Source of the DNA: an uncultured bacterium
GTDB lineage: Bacteria; Auribacterota; Erginobacteria; Erginobacterales; Erginobacteraceae
Length of the DNA: 64,000 bases
Assembly: GCA_963822585.1 (NCBI GenBank)
Contig: CAWGIE010000031.1
Coordinates: forward strand, 1 to 64,000
Reading direction: 5' to 3'
Each line of letters opens with the position of its first letter. Within the stretch, counting starts at the first letter, position 1. The notes under the pieces are model-generated. The model was given only the letters and a program-made list of their open reading frames with translations. It did no database searches and was not told the origin of the DNA. Positions 18,544 through 30,119 of this stretch are shown here, piece by piece. A program made the translations under genes and the position numbers.

Positions 18544-18978
18544 CTATTTGTTATGAGGTATCTTCTTCCCCCGTTCCCCCCGGTACTTCCGGAACAGAAT
18601 AATGTGTCCCTGTTTATCCAATCCCAGTTTCAGCCAGGGGAGCGGGGAGTAGGCGGGACCGCGGACGACATTCCCGTTCAGGTCAAAACGGGCATGATGG
18701 CGACGGCAGACAAAGGCGTCGTTCTTATCCGTTTTAAAAAGAGGGCCGCCGCGGTGGGTGCAGACCGATGAGAGCGCGTAGATCCCTTCGCTGTCGGAGA
18801 TGAGGAAGGCATCATAGAAGATGAGGTGCTTCACCGTCCCCGGCGGGTAATCGCGGGGGAATCCCAGCACAAACGTGGTGCGGTCCCGGACCGTCGTTTG
18901 AGCCCGCAATCCGGTCGCCCCCAGCAGCCACCCCAGCATGATCTGGAACAAACTGATAATAAACTGTCGCCGGCGCAT
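18544..18978 (-). CDS. Rieske [2Fe-2S] protein with Tat-like signal
   Basis: MRRRQF signal; CTHRG and CRRHHARF ligand boxes; GPA..PL. Confidence 0.85.
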   Translation of the reverse strand: MRRRQFIISLFQIMLGWLLGATGLRAQTTVRDRTTFVLGFPRDYPPGTVKHLIFYDAFLISDSEGIYALSSVCTHRGGPLFKTDKNDAFVCRRHHARFDLNGNVVRGPAYSPLPWLKLGLDKQGHIILFRKYRGERGKKIPHNK

Positions 18979-19152
18979 TATATTTTTACTCGGCAAGAAT
19001 GAAAATGAGATGAAAACCGGTTAACGAGTAATCAGGATAACACCTTCCTTGGTACTATTCAAGCCGCCGTTATGCGTGTAGAATACCCTCTATCGGGTTA
19101 GACTGAGTGAACCGATTTTTCGTTTGAACTATTAATGCAAGAAATCCAGTAG

Positions 19153-19351
19153 TGTAGTATCGTCCTTTCGCTTTCGCGACAGGTCTTGTAGGCTCAGAAT
19201 GCCTTCGGCATTCTGAGCATGAATTGTAGGATCGCTTCCTGCCTGCTGGCAGGCAGGCGCTGGCAGTTCGGCAAGCCGTGCCGCAGGCACGGCGATACTA
19301 CATTTACTGCATCTCCTACAAGTCCTGAACGGAGTGAAGGACGATCCTACA
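19153..19351. mobile_element. ~200-bp structured MITE-like element, copy 2
   Basis: TGTAGTATCGTCCTT ... AAGGACGATCCTACA (14/15 inverted match). Confidence 0.7.
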
Positions 19352-19383
19352 TAAATTCACGAGCGCAGCGAGCTCATTTATAT

Positions 19384-20637
19384 ATGCTGAAGATACCGAC
19401 AAAAGAAAAAATCGACGCCGAGATCGCGCTGCCCGGCTCCAAGAGCATCACCAACCGGGCGCTGGTCATCGGGGCGCTGGCCCGGGGAGAGACCGAGCTT
19501 GCCAACTGGCTGCGCTGCGATGACACCGAGGTGATGATCGAGTGTCTGCGGTCCCTCGGTTTCCCCCTCTCCCCGGAAGACGACCGGTTGACGATCCGGG
19601 GACAGGACGGAACCGTCCCCCGGGGCCGGGCAACCCTGAATACCGCCAATTCGGGGACGACCATGCGTTTCCTGACCGGGCTGGTTTCCCTGGGACGGGG
19701 AACTTACACGCTGGACGGGAGTCCCCGGATGCGCCAGCGTCCGATCGGGGACCTTCTGGAGGGCCTGCGGGCGTTAGGGGTCCGCGCCCTCTCCGACCGG
19801 GAGAACGACTGTCCGCCGGTAACGGTCCATGCCGGCGGCATACCCGGGGGGACCTGCGAGCTTTCGGGAGAGATCAGCAGCCAGTTTCTTTCCGCCGTCC
19901 TTCTCAGCTCCCCTTACGCCGACGCCCCGGTTACCATCAGGGTCACCGGAGAGCTGGTCTCCCGGCCTTACGTCGATATGACCCTCCGGATGATGCGCGA
20001 TTTCGGAGTAGAGGTCGACGAGAAAAAACCGGCCGGCTTCGTCATCCCTCCCCGGCAGAGATACCGGGGCGGGCGTTATGCCGTCGAAGGGGACGCCTCG
20101 TCGGCTTCCTATTTCCTGGCGGCGGCCGCCGTCACCGGGGGACGGGTAAAAATCCTCAATGTCGGAGACGGATCCATCCAGGGCGACGCCCGCTTCGCGC
20201 GTTTACTGGAGCGGATGGGAGCGACGGTCCGGACCGGGCCGGATTGGACCGAAGTTTCCGGTCCGGTAACCCGGGGGATCAAGGTCGATCTCAATGATAT
20301 GCCGGACATGGTCCCCACGCTGGCCCTGACCGCCCTTTTCGCCCCCGGGCGTACGGTGATCATCAACGTGGCCAACCTCCGTTACAAGGAATCGGACCGG
20401 CTGCGGGCGATCACCACCGAACTGCGGAAGATCGGAGCCCGGGCCGAGGAACTCCCTGACGGCCTGATCATCGAGGGGGGGGATTTGCACGGGGCCGAGA
20501 TCGAGACCTACAACGATCACCGGATCGCCATGGCCTTCGCCCTGGCGGGCTTACGGATCCCGGGGATCGCGATCAGGGACCCGGAATGCGTCGCCAAAAC
20601 ATTCCCGGGTTTTTTCGAGAGGTTTCTCGGAATCTGA
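19384..20637 (+). CDS. aroA: 3-phosphoshikimate 1-carboxyvinyltransferase (EPSP synthase)
   Basis: LPGSKSITNR, NSGTTMRF, SSQFLS, EGDASSASYF, KESDR, DHRIAM; start trimmed to 19384. Confidence 0.97.
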   Translation: MLKIPTKEKIDAEIALPGSKSITNRALVIGALARGETELANWLRCDDTEVMIECLRSLGFPLSPEDDRLTIRGQDGTVPRGRATLNTANSGTTMRFLTGLVSLGRGTYTLDGSPRMRQRPIGDLLEGLRALGVRALSDRENDCPPVTVHAGGIPGGTCELSGEISSQFLSAVLLSSPYADAPVTIRVTGELVSRPYVDMTLRMMRDFGVEVDEKKPAGFVIPPRQRYRGGRYAVEGDASSASYFLAAAAVTGGRVKILNVGDGSIQGDARFARLLERMGATVRTGPDWTEVSGPVTRGIKVDLNDMPDMVPTLALTALFAPGRTVIINVANLRYKESDRLRAITTELRKIGARAEELPDGLIIEGGDLHGAEIETYNDHRIAMAFALAGLRIPGIAIRDPECVAKTFPGFFERFLGI

Positions 20638-20661
20638 AGAGGGCGGGTTCCCTTACGAAGA

Positions 20662-20725
20662 GTAGCACAGACATTCCTGTCTGTGCAGCAGGCGCGGGGG
20701 ACACAGACAGGAATGTCTGTGCTAC
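20662..20725. repeat. REP doublet (GTAG-type) between convergent genes
   Basis: GTAGCACAGACATTCCTGTCTGTG at 20662-20685 and its exact reverse complement at 20702-20725. Confidence 0.85.
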
Positions 20726-20730
20726 CATGA

Positions 20731-21822
20731 CTACCATCTTCGAAGCAGTATCTCCACGATCCGCTCCGCCGCCTTCCCGTCCCAGAGGGGCGGGACCTCC
20801 CCCTGCTTCCGGCCGCCGGCCGTGAATTGCCGGTAAGCGGCCAGGATCGTCTCCGTCGTCACCCCCGCCAGGCGGTTGGTCCCCATCTCGCAGGTGACGG
20901 GCCGCTCGGTATTCTCGCGGATCGTCAGGCAGGGTACCCGGAGGATGGTCGTCTCCTCCTGGATCCCGCCGGAATCGGTCAGGACCAGCCGGGCATCCGC
21001 CATCAGCTTGAGAAAATCAAGGTAGCCGACCGGGGCGGTCAGCCGCAAACCGGGCAGAGCCGAGAGCCGCTCCGGCGGCAGCACCCGGTCGATCGTCTTC
21101 CGCGTCCGGGGATGGACGGGGAAGATGATCGGCAGATCATTCTGAATGATCTCCAGGGCGTCGATAATGGCCCGGAAAGTCTCGGGGCGATCGACGTTCG
21201 ACGGGCGGTGAAGAGTCATCACCGCGTACTCGCCCGGGAGAAGACGGTTCTTTTCCAGGATACCCGATGCCTCCGCCCGCTCCCGGTTCCGGAGCAGGGT
21301 GTCGATCATGACGTTGCCGACCAGGAATATCTTCTCCCGGGCCACCCCCTCCGCCAGAAGATTCTTCACCCCGCTTCGCTCGGTACAGAAGAGAAGGTCG
21401 CTGATCGAGTCGGTAAGCACCCGGTTGATCTCCTCCGGCATGGAGCGGTCGAAGCTCCGCAAGCCCGCCTCCACGTGGGCCAGCCGCACCCCCAGCTTGA
21501 CCGCCACCAGCCCGCAGGCGATCGTGCTGTTGACGTCGCCGACCACCAGCACCAGGTCCGGCTTTCGCTCGAGCAGCAGCGGCTCGAAAGCTTTCATGAT
21601 CTCCGCCGTCTGCCGGGCGTGGGTGGAGGATCCGACCTCTAGATTGACGTCCGGCCGGGGGATCCCCAGCTGCCGGAAGAAGAGGTCGCTCATCTCCTCG
21701 TCGTAATGCTGCCCGGTGTGGACCAGCAGCGGCTCGATCTCCGCATGGCCTCGGTACGCCGCCATCAGGGGGGCGATCTTCATGAAGTTGGGCCGGGCGC
21801 CGACGACATTGATTATTTTCAT
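20731..21822 (-). CDS. wecB: UDP-N-acetylglucosamine 2-epimerase (non-hydrolysing)
   Basis: GARPNFMK, HTGQHYD, HVEAGLRS, PEEINR, TDSGGIQEE. Confidence 0.96.
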   Translation of the reverse strand: MKIINVVGARPNFMKIAPLMAAYRGHAEIEPLLVHTGQHYDEEMSDLFFRQLGIPRPDVNLEVGSSTHARQTAEIMKAFEPLLLERKPDLVLVVGDVNSTIACGLVAVKLGVRLAHVEAGLRSFDRSMPEEINRVLTDSISDLLFCTERSGVKNLLAEGVAREKIFLVGNVMIDTLLRNRERAEASGILEKNRLLPGEYAVMTLHRPSNVDRPETFRAIIDALEIIQNDLPIIFPVHPRTRKTIDRVLPPERLSALPGLRLTAPVGYLDFLKLMADARLVLTDSGGIQEETTILRVPCLTIRENTERPVTCEMGTNRLAGVTTETILAAYRQFTAGGRKQGEVPPLWDGKAAERIVEILLRRW

Positions 21823-21837
21823 TATTTCATTATCTAA

Positions 21838-23475
21838 TCAATGGAGATTTTTCACGTTCTCGATCCGCAGATCGGGCAAAGAGACCGGCCGGAGCGAGCG
21901 GTTGTCCGCGATCTTCTTCTGCAGGGCGATCGCCTTCTTCAGAAGCAGGCTGCCCCCCGCCTGCCGGAAGATGGCCTCCAGACAGGCTGAGACGATGCGG
22001 CGCTCATCCTCCCCGGGGTGGTGGTTAAACTGATATCTGATGACGATCTGCAGACCGCTGATTGAGCGCACCCGAAGCCGATCGGAGGAGTCAAGCCGGT
22101 TCGATTCTTCCCGGGCCGGAGGGAGAGTTCCCGAAGAACCGATTAAGATCGGACCGGACTCGAACCAGGCATCCAGAAAAGACAGGCCCAGTTCCCGCCG
22201 GCAGAGCTCCATCATGTCGTGGAGATCGATTGCCGGTGTATTTGCAGCCAGGCTCTGCACCGCGTAAGTGGTGAATGCCTGTAAAATCGTGTTCCGGCGG
22301 CGGCGGTGAAATATCATCCGCAGTGATTCCAAACGGAGATAACCGGCCCACCAGGCGATCCCTATGATGGTAATGCCTACGATCATGATCGGGAGCCATT
22401 CGCCCTTACCTCCCCGCGGTATTACCTGGCTGATGATCGCGGCCGACGCCAGCAGGACGGTGACGAAATAAAGGAGCAGGACCACCTGGCGATGCGAGAG
22501 GCCCTTGTCGATGAGACGGTGATGGGTATGGAGCTGATCCCCGCTGAAGATCGGCACCCCATGAACAAACCGCCGGATCATCGAGATCACCGTCTCGTAA
22601 ATAGGGAAACTCAAGGCGATAATCGGAGCCAGAAGAATAACAGCCGTTTCCGATTTATAAGTGAAGGTTCCGATCAGGGTTACCACCGCCAGCGTGTAGC
22701 CGATGAACATGCTCCCGGTATCCCCCAGAAATATCCGGGCGGGTGGGAAGTTGAAAGCCAGGAATGCCAACAGGCTCCCGGCCAGGATCGGACAGACAAA
22801 AACCGTTATCGTATTTCCGGTGATGGCGCCCAGTACAATCAGGGTGACGGAGGCGATCAAGCCGACACCGGCCGCCAAACCATCCAGACCGTCAATCAGG
22901 TTGAATGCGTTGATCAATCCCACGATCCAGAGGATGCTGAGCCCCAGACTGGCCGCGGGCCCGAGTGGCACCCCGCCCACCAGGGGAATATAGATTCCGC
23001 GGATGATGGGGCCGCAGCCGCAAACGAAGACCGCAATGATAATCTGCCCAAGGAACTTTCCCCGGGCCCGCAGTCCGCGGAGATCATCAAGTATCCCCAG
23101 GCCAATAATAGCGATACCACCGATGGAGAAGATTATTAAACTCCGGCTGAATTCACCCCCCTTCCCTGAATGCAGTCGGGCAGTATTTCTCAGGAAGAGG
23201 CCGACGTGAAAAAGCCATCCGGGATGCTGTTGATGAAAAATATTCAAACGTGAAAAAAGTATACAGATTGCCAAGAGGGGAATTGCTATGCCGAGTCCGC
23301 CCAGAAGTGGAATATCAACCCGAGTCCCTTTTCGATAGGGATCGGTATCAACCGCCTTAAACTTCCGGGCCAGACTGATCACGATTGGGGTCAGAATCGC
23401 GGTCGATATCAACCCCAGAAGGAACAGTGAGCTGAAAAACAAATGAATGTTAAGATGTCCCGAAATTTCCGCCAT
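21838..23475 (-). CDS. MraY/WecA family undecaprenyl-phosphate HexNAc-1-P transferase with C-terminal extension
   Basis: GILDD, NAFNLIDGLDGL, FNFPPARIFLGDTGS, HTHHRL; start uncertain. Confidence 0.9.
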   Translation of the reverse strand: MAEISGHLNIHLFFSSLFLLGLISTAILTPIVISLARKFKAVDTDPYRKGTRVDIPLLGGLGIAIPLLAICILFSRLNIFHQQHPGWLFHVGLFLRNTARLHSGKGGEFSRSLIIFSIGGIAIIGLGILDDLRGLRARGKFLGQIIIAVFVCGCGPIIRGIYIPLVGGVPLGPAASLGLSILWIVGLINAFNLIDGLDGLAAGVGLIASVTLIVLGAITGNTITVFVCPILAGSLLAFLAFNFPPARIFLGDTGSMFIGYTLAVVTLIGTFTYKSETAVILLAPIIALSFPIYETVISMIRRFVHGVPIFSGDQLHTHHRLIDKGLSHRQVVLLLYFVTVLLASAAIISQVIPRGGKGEWLPIMIVGITIIGIAWWAGYLRLESLRMIFHRRRRNTILQAFTTYAVQSLAANTPAIDLHDMMELCRRELGLSFLDAWFESGPILIGSSGTLPPAREESNRLDSSDRLRVRSISGLQIVIRYQFNHHPGEDERRIVSACLEAIFRQAGGSLLLKKAIALQKKIADNRSLRPVSLPDLRIENVKNLH

Positions 23476-23486
23476 CTCACACCCGA

Positions 23487-25079
23487 TTATCCAGGACCTT
23501 CCTCCTGACAAAACTCCGACGGCTCATCGCTTCGCTCCGATTCGGGCCCGATCAGATAAAGACTTTCCATATATCCCTGATCATAGCGAAGAACCTCCAC
23601 CCGGTCGGCTTCGGAGAGAAACTTGACATTGCTGTAGCGGGGATCCCGGTAATCGCCGACCTTCCCTTCCCGGAGGGCGACCACCACCTGGTTGATTCCT
23701 CTCTCCAGCGTCCAGGATGCCTTAAAGCCGAGCTTGTGAAAAATCTTACTAAAATCCACCCGGTAATTTCTGATGTCGCCCTTATAGGGGACCTCATTGA
23801 CAACGGCTCCCGGGACCGCCTGCTCGACTATCCGGGCGGCATCACTGATCGTGCTGTTCTGGGCGTTGGTGCCGACATTGAATATCTCATTGCCGATCTG
23901 TTCCAGGGGCGCCTTGACCATCAGAAAAACAGCTTCCGCCGCGTCCTCGACATGGATAAAGGGGCGCCATTGTTCTCCCCCGGAGACCGGGATCACCCCT
24001 TCCACCACCGCTTTCGCGGTGAGAAGATTGATCACCAGATCAAACCGGGTGCGCCCCGATAATCCATAGATCGTTCCGAAACGCAGGATGGTCGGCTTGA
24101 AGGCGGTATCGCTCATTTTCAAGAGGACTTTCTCACAGCCAATCTTGGTCCGGGCGTAGAGGGAGACCGGATTCAAGATCGATTTCTCATCCAGGATATC
24201 GGCATTGGCTCCGTAGACCGAGCAGGTGCTGGCGAAAATAAACTTCCGAACGTGAAGCCCCTTGGCCACCTCCCCGATCATCCGGGTCGCCATCAGATTG
24301 ATCTCGCGGGTGAGGTTTTCATCCAGAGCACAGGCCGGGTCACCCACGATCGCGCCCAGGTGAACAACCGTGTCGATCCCCTGCATCGACTCTACGACCG
24401 CGTCCACCTGGCGGAAATCCTGCCGGCGGACCTCCAGCCGGGGATGGGAGCGAAAGGCCCTGATGGAATCCTCTCCGTAGACCATAATATCCATCAGGCG
24501 CACCCGGTACCCGGCTTCCAGAAGCCGGGGAACCAGGGCGGAACCGATGTACCCGGCCCCCCCGATGACCAGGATACCGGCGTCTTTGCGGGCGGTGAGA
24601 GGCCTCTCCGGGACCGCCTCCTGATCGTGCTTGTAGATCGCCTTCCAGACCGTGGACCAGAGACGGGCGGCGATCAGGACGACCACGGACACCGGGTAGC
24701 TGAAAAGCAGAACACCCCGCGAGAAGGTGCCCAGGAAATCGGCGAATAACAACGCGAAGAAACCGGTTGCCAGGTACCCGATGGTAACCCCCTGGAAAAC
24801 CGCCAGCATCTTGAACTTGCCCCGGTAATAACGTCCCCGGCCGTAAAACCCCACCAGGATAAAAGCGATCAGGCAGCAGGGAAGGAGAATGAGCAGGCCG
24901 TGCCAGTAATACATCACGAACATGTCCAGCAGGTTGGGACGCTTCAGCCCCGATCTCAAAGCCACTATGTACCTTAGTAACTGCATGCCGCCGTACACGG
25001 AGGCCAGCATGATCAGATCGGCCAACATCCGCAACAGCCGGGGGACGTTCAGACCCGAAGATGAGATCCGTTTGCTCAC
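23487..25079 (-). CDS. NAD-dependent epimerase/dehydratase with N-terminal membrane domain
   Basis: About four N-terminal TM segments, then GGAGYIGS, ASTCSVYG, YARTK. Confidence 0.88.
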   Translation of the reverse strand: MSKRISSSGLNVPRLLRMLADLIMLASVYGGMQLLRYIVALRSGLKRPNLLDMFVMYYWHGLLILLPCCLIAFILVGFYGRGRYYRGKFKMLAVFQGVTIGYLATGFFALLFADFLGTFSRGVLLFSYPVSVVVLIAARLWSTVWKAIYKHDQEAVPERPLTARKDAGILVIGGAGYIGSALVPRLLEAGYRVRLMDIMVYGEDSIRAFRSHPRLEVRRQDFRQVDAVVESMQGIDTVVHLGAIVGDPACALDENLTREINLMATRMIGEVAKGLHVRKFIFASTCSVYGANADILDEKSILNPVSLYARTKIGCEKVLLKMSDTAFKPTILRFGTIYGLSGRTRFDLVINLLTAKAVVEGVIPVSGGEQWRPFIHVEDAAEAVFLMVKAPLEQIGNEIFNVGTNAQNSTISDAARIVEQAVPGAVVNEVPYKGDIRNYRVDFSKIFHKLGFKASWTLERGINQVVVALREGKVGDYRDPRYSNVKFLSEADRVEVLRYDQGYMESLYLIGPESERSDEPSEFCQEEGPG

Positions 25080-26257
25080 CTCGTAGCCTCCTCCAGGATG
25101 CGCGCGACCTGATCGGCGATATCCTTCACGTCTTCAGCGCTCAGAGCCGGGTGAACGGGCAGCATGAGAGAGTGTCCACTCAAAAACCGCGCGTTGGGCA
25201 GAGGCCGGGCCGGACGGAGATCCTCCCGTTCGAAGGCCTTCTCCCGATAAATCTCGCAGCAGGTGCCGCTCCGTCCCGGATATCCCCGATCGCTCAGCTC
25301 GCGAATTATCCGATCGCGGTCCCAGCCCGGCTTGAGCCGGTCCGGGACAAGATACGCGTAATACCGGTAATAGGCATGACGCATCCCGGGGGGAGGAACG
25401 GGGATATACAGAGCGGGGAGGCCGGCCAGGCGCCGGTCATAAATCCCGGCATGATGACGGCGGATATCCAGCCACCGGGAAAGCTTTTTAAGAGCCACTC
25501 TTCCGATCGCGGCCTGCATCTCGGTCATCCGGGCGTTGGTCCCGATCGACTCATGCAGCCAGCGGAAGCCGGGTGGATGGGTCCGGTTAAAGACGGCCTG
25601 GAAGCTCTTCCCATGATCTTTCAGCGACCAGATGCGCTCCCAATATTCCGGATTGTCGGTGGTTACCATTCCTCCCTCCCCCCCGGTGGTGATGATCTTG
25701 TCCTGACAGAAGGAGAAAGATCCGATATCCCCGATACTTCCGGCCTTTCGGCCGTGGTATTCGGCGCCGAGGGCCTGAGCGCAGTCCTCTATCACGACCA
25801 GTTTTTTTCCCCGTGCCAACTCTATGATCGGATCCATATCACAGGGCCAGCCACCCAGATGAACGGGAATGATCGCCCGGGTCCGGGAGGTAAGTACCGT
25901 ACGGATGGTCTCAGCGGTGATATTGCCGCTATCCCGATCCACATCGGCAAATACCGGACGGGCACCGCGGAGAACTGCCGCGCCGGCGGTAGCGATAAAG
26001 GTACGGGGAGCAACAACCACCTCATCCCCCTCCTCTACCCCGGCCGCCGTTAATGCCAGCTCCAGGCTGACGGTCCCATTGGAGAGAGCTACCGCGTAAC
26101 GAGATCCGGTAAAATCGGCAAACTCCTGCTCAAAACTCTTCCCCTCATCTCCGGTCCAGTAATTCACCTTACCGGACTTAAGAACCTTGACCACCGCCGC
26201 AATCTCATCCGGTTCAAAGAAAGGCCAGTTTGAATATGGTTCGGTTCTTTCCTTCAT
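25076..26257 (-). CDS. DegT/DnrJ/EryC1/StrS sugar aminotransferase
   Basis: IEDCAQALG, SFSFCQDKIITTGGEGG. Confidence 0.94.
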   Translation of the reverse strand: MKERTEPYSNWPFFEPDEIAAVVKVLKSGKVNYWTGDEGKSFEQEFADFTGSRYAVALSNGTVSLELALTAAGVEEGDEVVVAPRTFIATAGAAVLRGARPVFADVDRDSGNITAETIRTVLTSRTRAIIPVHLGGWPCDMDPIIELARGKKLVVIEDCAQALGAEYHGRKAGSIGDIGSFSFCQDKIITTGGEGGMVTTDNPEYWERIWSLKDHGKSFQAVFNRTHPPGFRWLHESIGTNARMTEMQAAIGRVALKKLSRWLDIRRHHAGIYDRRLAGLPALYIPVPPPGMRHAYYRYYAYLVPDRLKPGWDRDRIIRELSDRGYPGRSGTCCEIYREKAFEREDLRPARPLPNARFLSGHSLMLPVHPALSAEDVKDIADQVARILEEATR

Positions 26258-26337
26258 ATCCTATAGTTTAACTTTATTAACCTTGTTAATCATGCAACTC
26301 CACTAAACATTATCAGACAAAATAATTCCTCGTATAA

Positions 26338-26736
26338 CTAAACTTTATTTTTCTTTACCCGAGCCGGAATTCCGAATGCGATGGAATTGGGAGGGAGATC
26401 GCGATTAACCAGGCTCATCGCTCCCACAATCGCGTTTTCTCCAATTGTCACCCCCGGTAATACCACGGAATGGCTTCCGATCCGGCAGTTCTTTTTCAGC
26501 ACCACCGGAGCCTCTTTCCCGTCGATTGTGGAGACGGAGTAGATGGAGCAATGTGAACCGATCTGTACTTCATCTTCAATAGTCACCCCGGCTTTGGCAT
26601 TGATATAGGTGAAAGCGCCTATATCGGTCCGATAACCCAGCTTTAACCCCGATATATTCTGAACCACCCAGTTATACCTGGTCGGCTTGCCCTCTTCTAT
26701 CTCAGGATATTGCCAATCCTTAAATCGGTCTTCCAT
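26338..26736 (-). CDS. Hexapeptide-repeat acyltransferase
   Basis: IGSHSVVLPGVTIGENAIVGAMSLV, GIPAR. Confidence 0.88.
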   Translation of the reverse strand: MEDRFKDWQYPEIEEGKPTRYNWVVQNISGLKLGYRTDIGAFTYINAKAGVTIEDEVQIGSHCSIYSVSTIDGKEAPVVLKKNCRIGSHSVVLPGVTIGENAIVGAMSLVNRDLPPNSIAFGIPARVKKNKV

Positions 26737-26760
26737 TAATGAACTCCATATTATAATTGT

Positions 26761-29370
<2,610 letters not shown>

Positions 29371-29381
<11 letters not shown>

Positions 29382-29550
29382 TGGCTATCGCAATTTTCCT
29401 TTTCTCTCCCCGTAATACCTGTTCAAAAAGATCCATCATTCTTTTTATATGAAGCTCTCGTGTAAACTCAGCTCTGTAGAGTTCGAATGCCCCCAAACTC
29501 AGGGCGGCATAATGATCCACAAGAGCCGCACCCGGAGAGAGCGTAACGCC
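29371..29550 (-). pseudogene. Probable 3' remnant of a glycosyltransferase gene
   Basis: Helical tail YRAEFTRELHIKRMMDLFEQVL overlaps the next start like an operon gene but has no 5' part. Confidence 0.45.
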
Positions 29551-29551
29551 T

Positions 29552-29970
29552 TTACAATGAAGGAACCCGCTCTTCCGGATGAGCAAAGGTAAAAACATGC
29601 CAGAGGCCATTTCCCAGGCCGTAATCCTGCCTGACGGAGCCGTTGACCAGCTCCGGGTAGAGGGGCAGAGTGCTGTCCCAGATCACGTAACGGATGGATC
29701 TCTCCCGGATAAGAAGCGAGAGGTAGCCGGGTTCATCCTCCGCCCGGATGTGATCGATAAAAACAATCTCTCGTTTACCCAGTGCCGGTCCCTGTACTAG
29801 GTGTCCGAATATCAGGTGTCGCTGATTCTTCTCCTTGATGGCGACCGCCGTAGTTTCATCTCCGGCCATGATCATCTCGAAGATACTCCCGTAAAGTCCG
29901 CCCATCGATAACCGGCCGGATAGGGAGACCGGGCAGCACGAAGAACGCTGCTGAGAGCTGGAACGCCAGT
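29552..29970 (-). pseudogene. 3' fragment paralogous to the 31582-33543 gene
   Basis: 29670-29881 appears identical to 31613-31824; flanks are homologous but diverged. Confidence 0.8.
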
Positions 29971-30119
29971 CTCCCCCTAAATTACCTTTGAAGTCCCACT
30001 GGCTCTTTCTCAAACTGGCCTGTCTCGAAGATACCTGAGACGATTAGTACGTCAGGCGGGAGAGTTCAGTGCATGCCCAAGTAAAGTATAGTGCACATCA
30101 TCCGACCCGGGTATGATCC

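Noticed and set aside
18338..19351. Integron attC cassette interpretation of the repeats flanking the Rieske gene
   Set aside because: No RYYYAAC/GTTRRRY core boxes were recognised at the ends, the elements are longer than typical attC sites, and no integrase is in the window.
19219..19383. N-terminal extension of AroA
   Set aside because: It is a translation of the repeated non-coding element; homology starts at ATG 19384.
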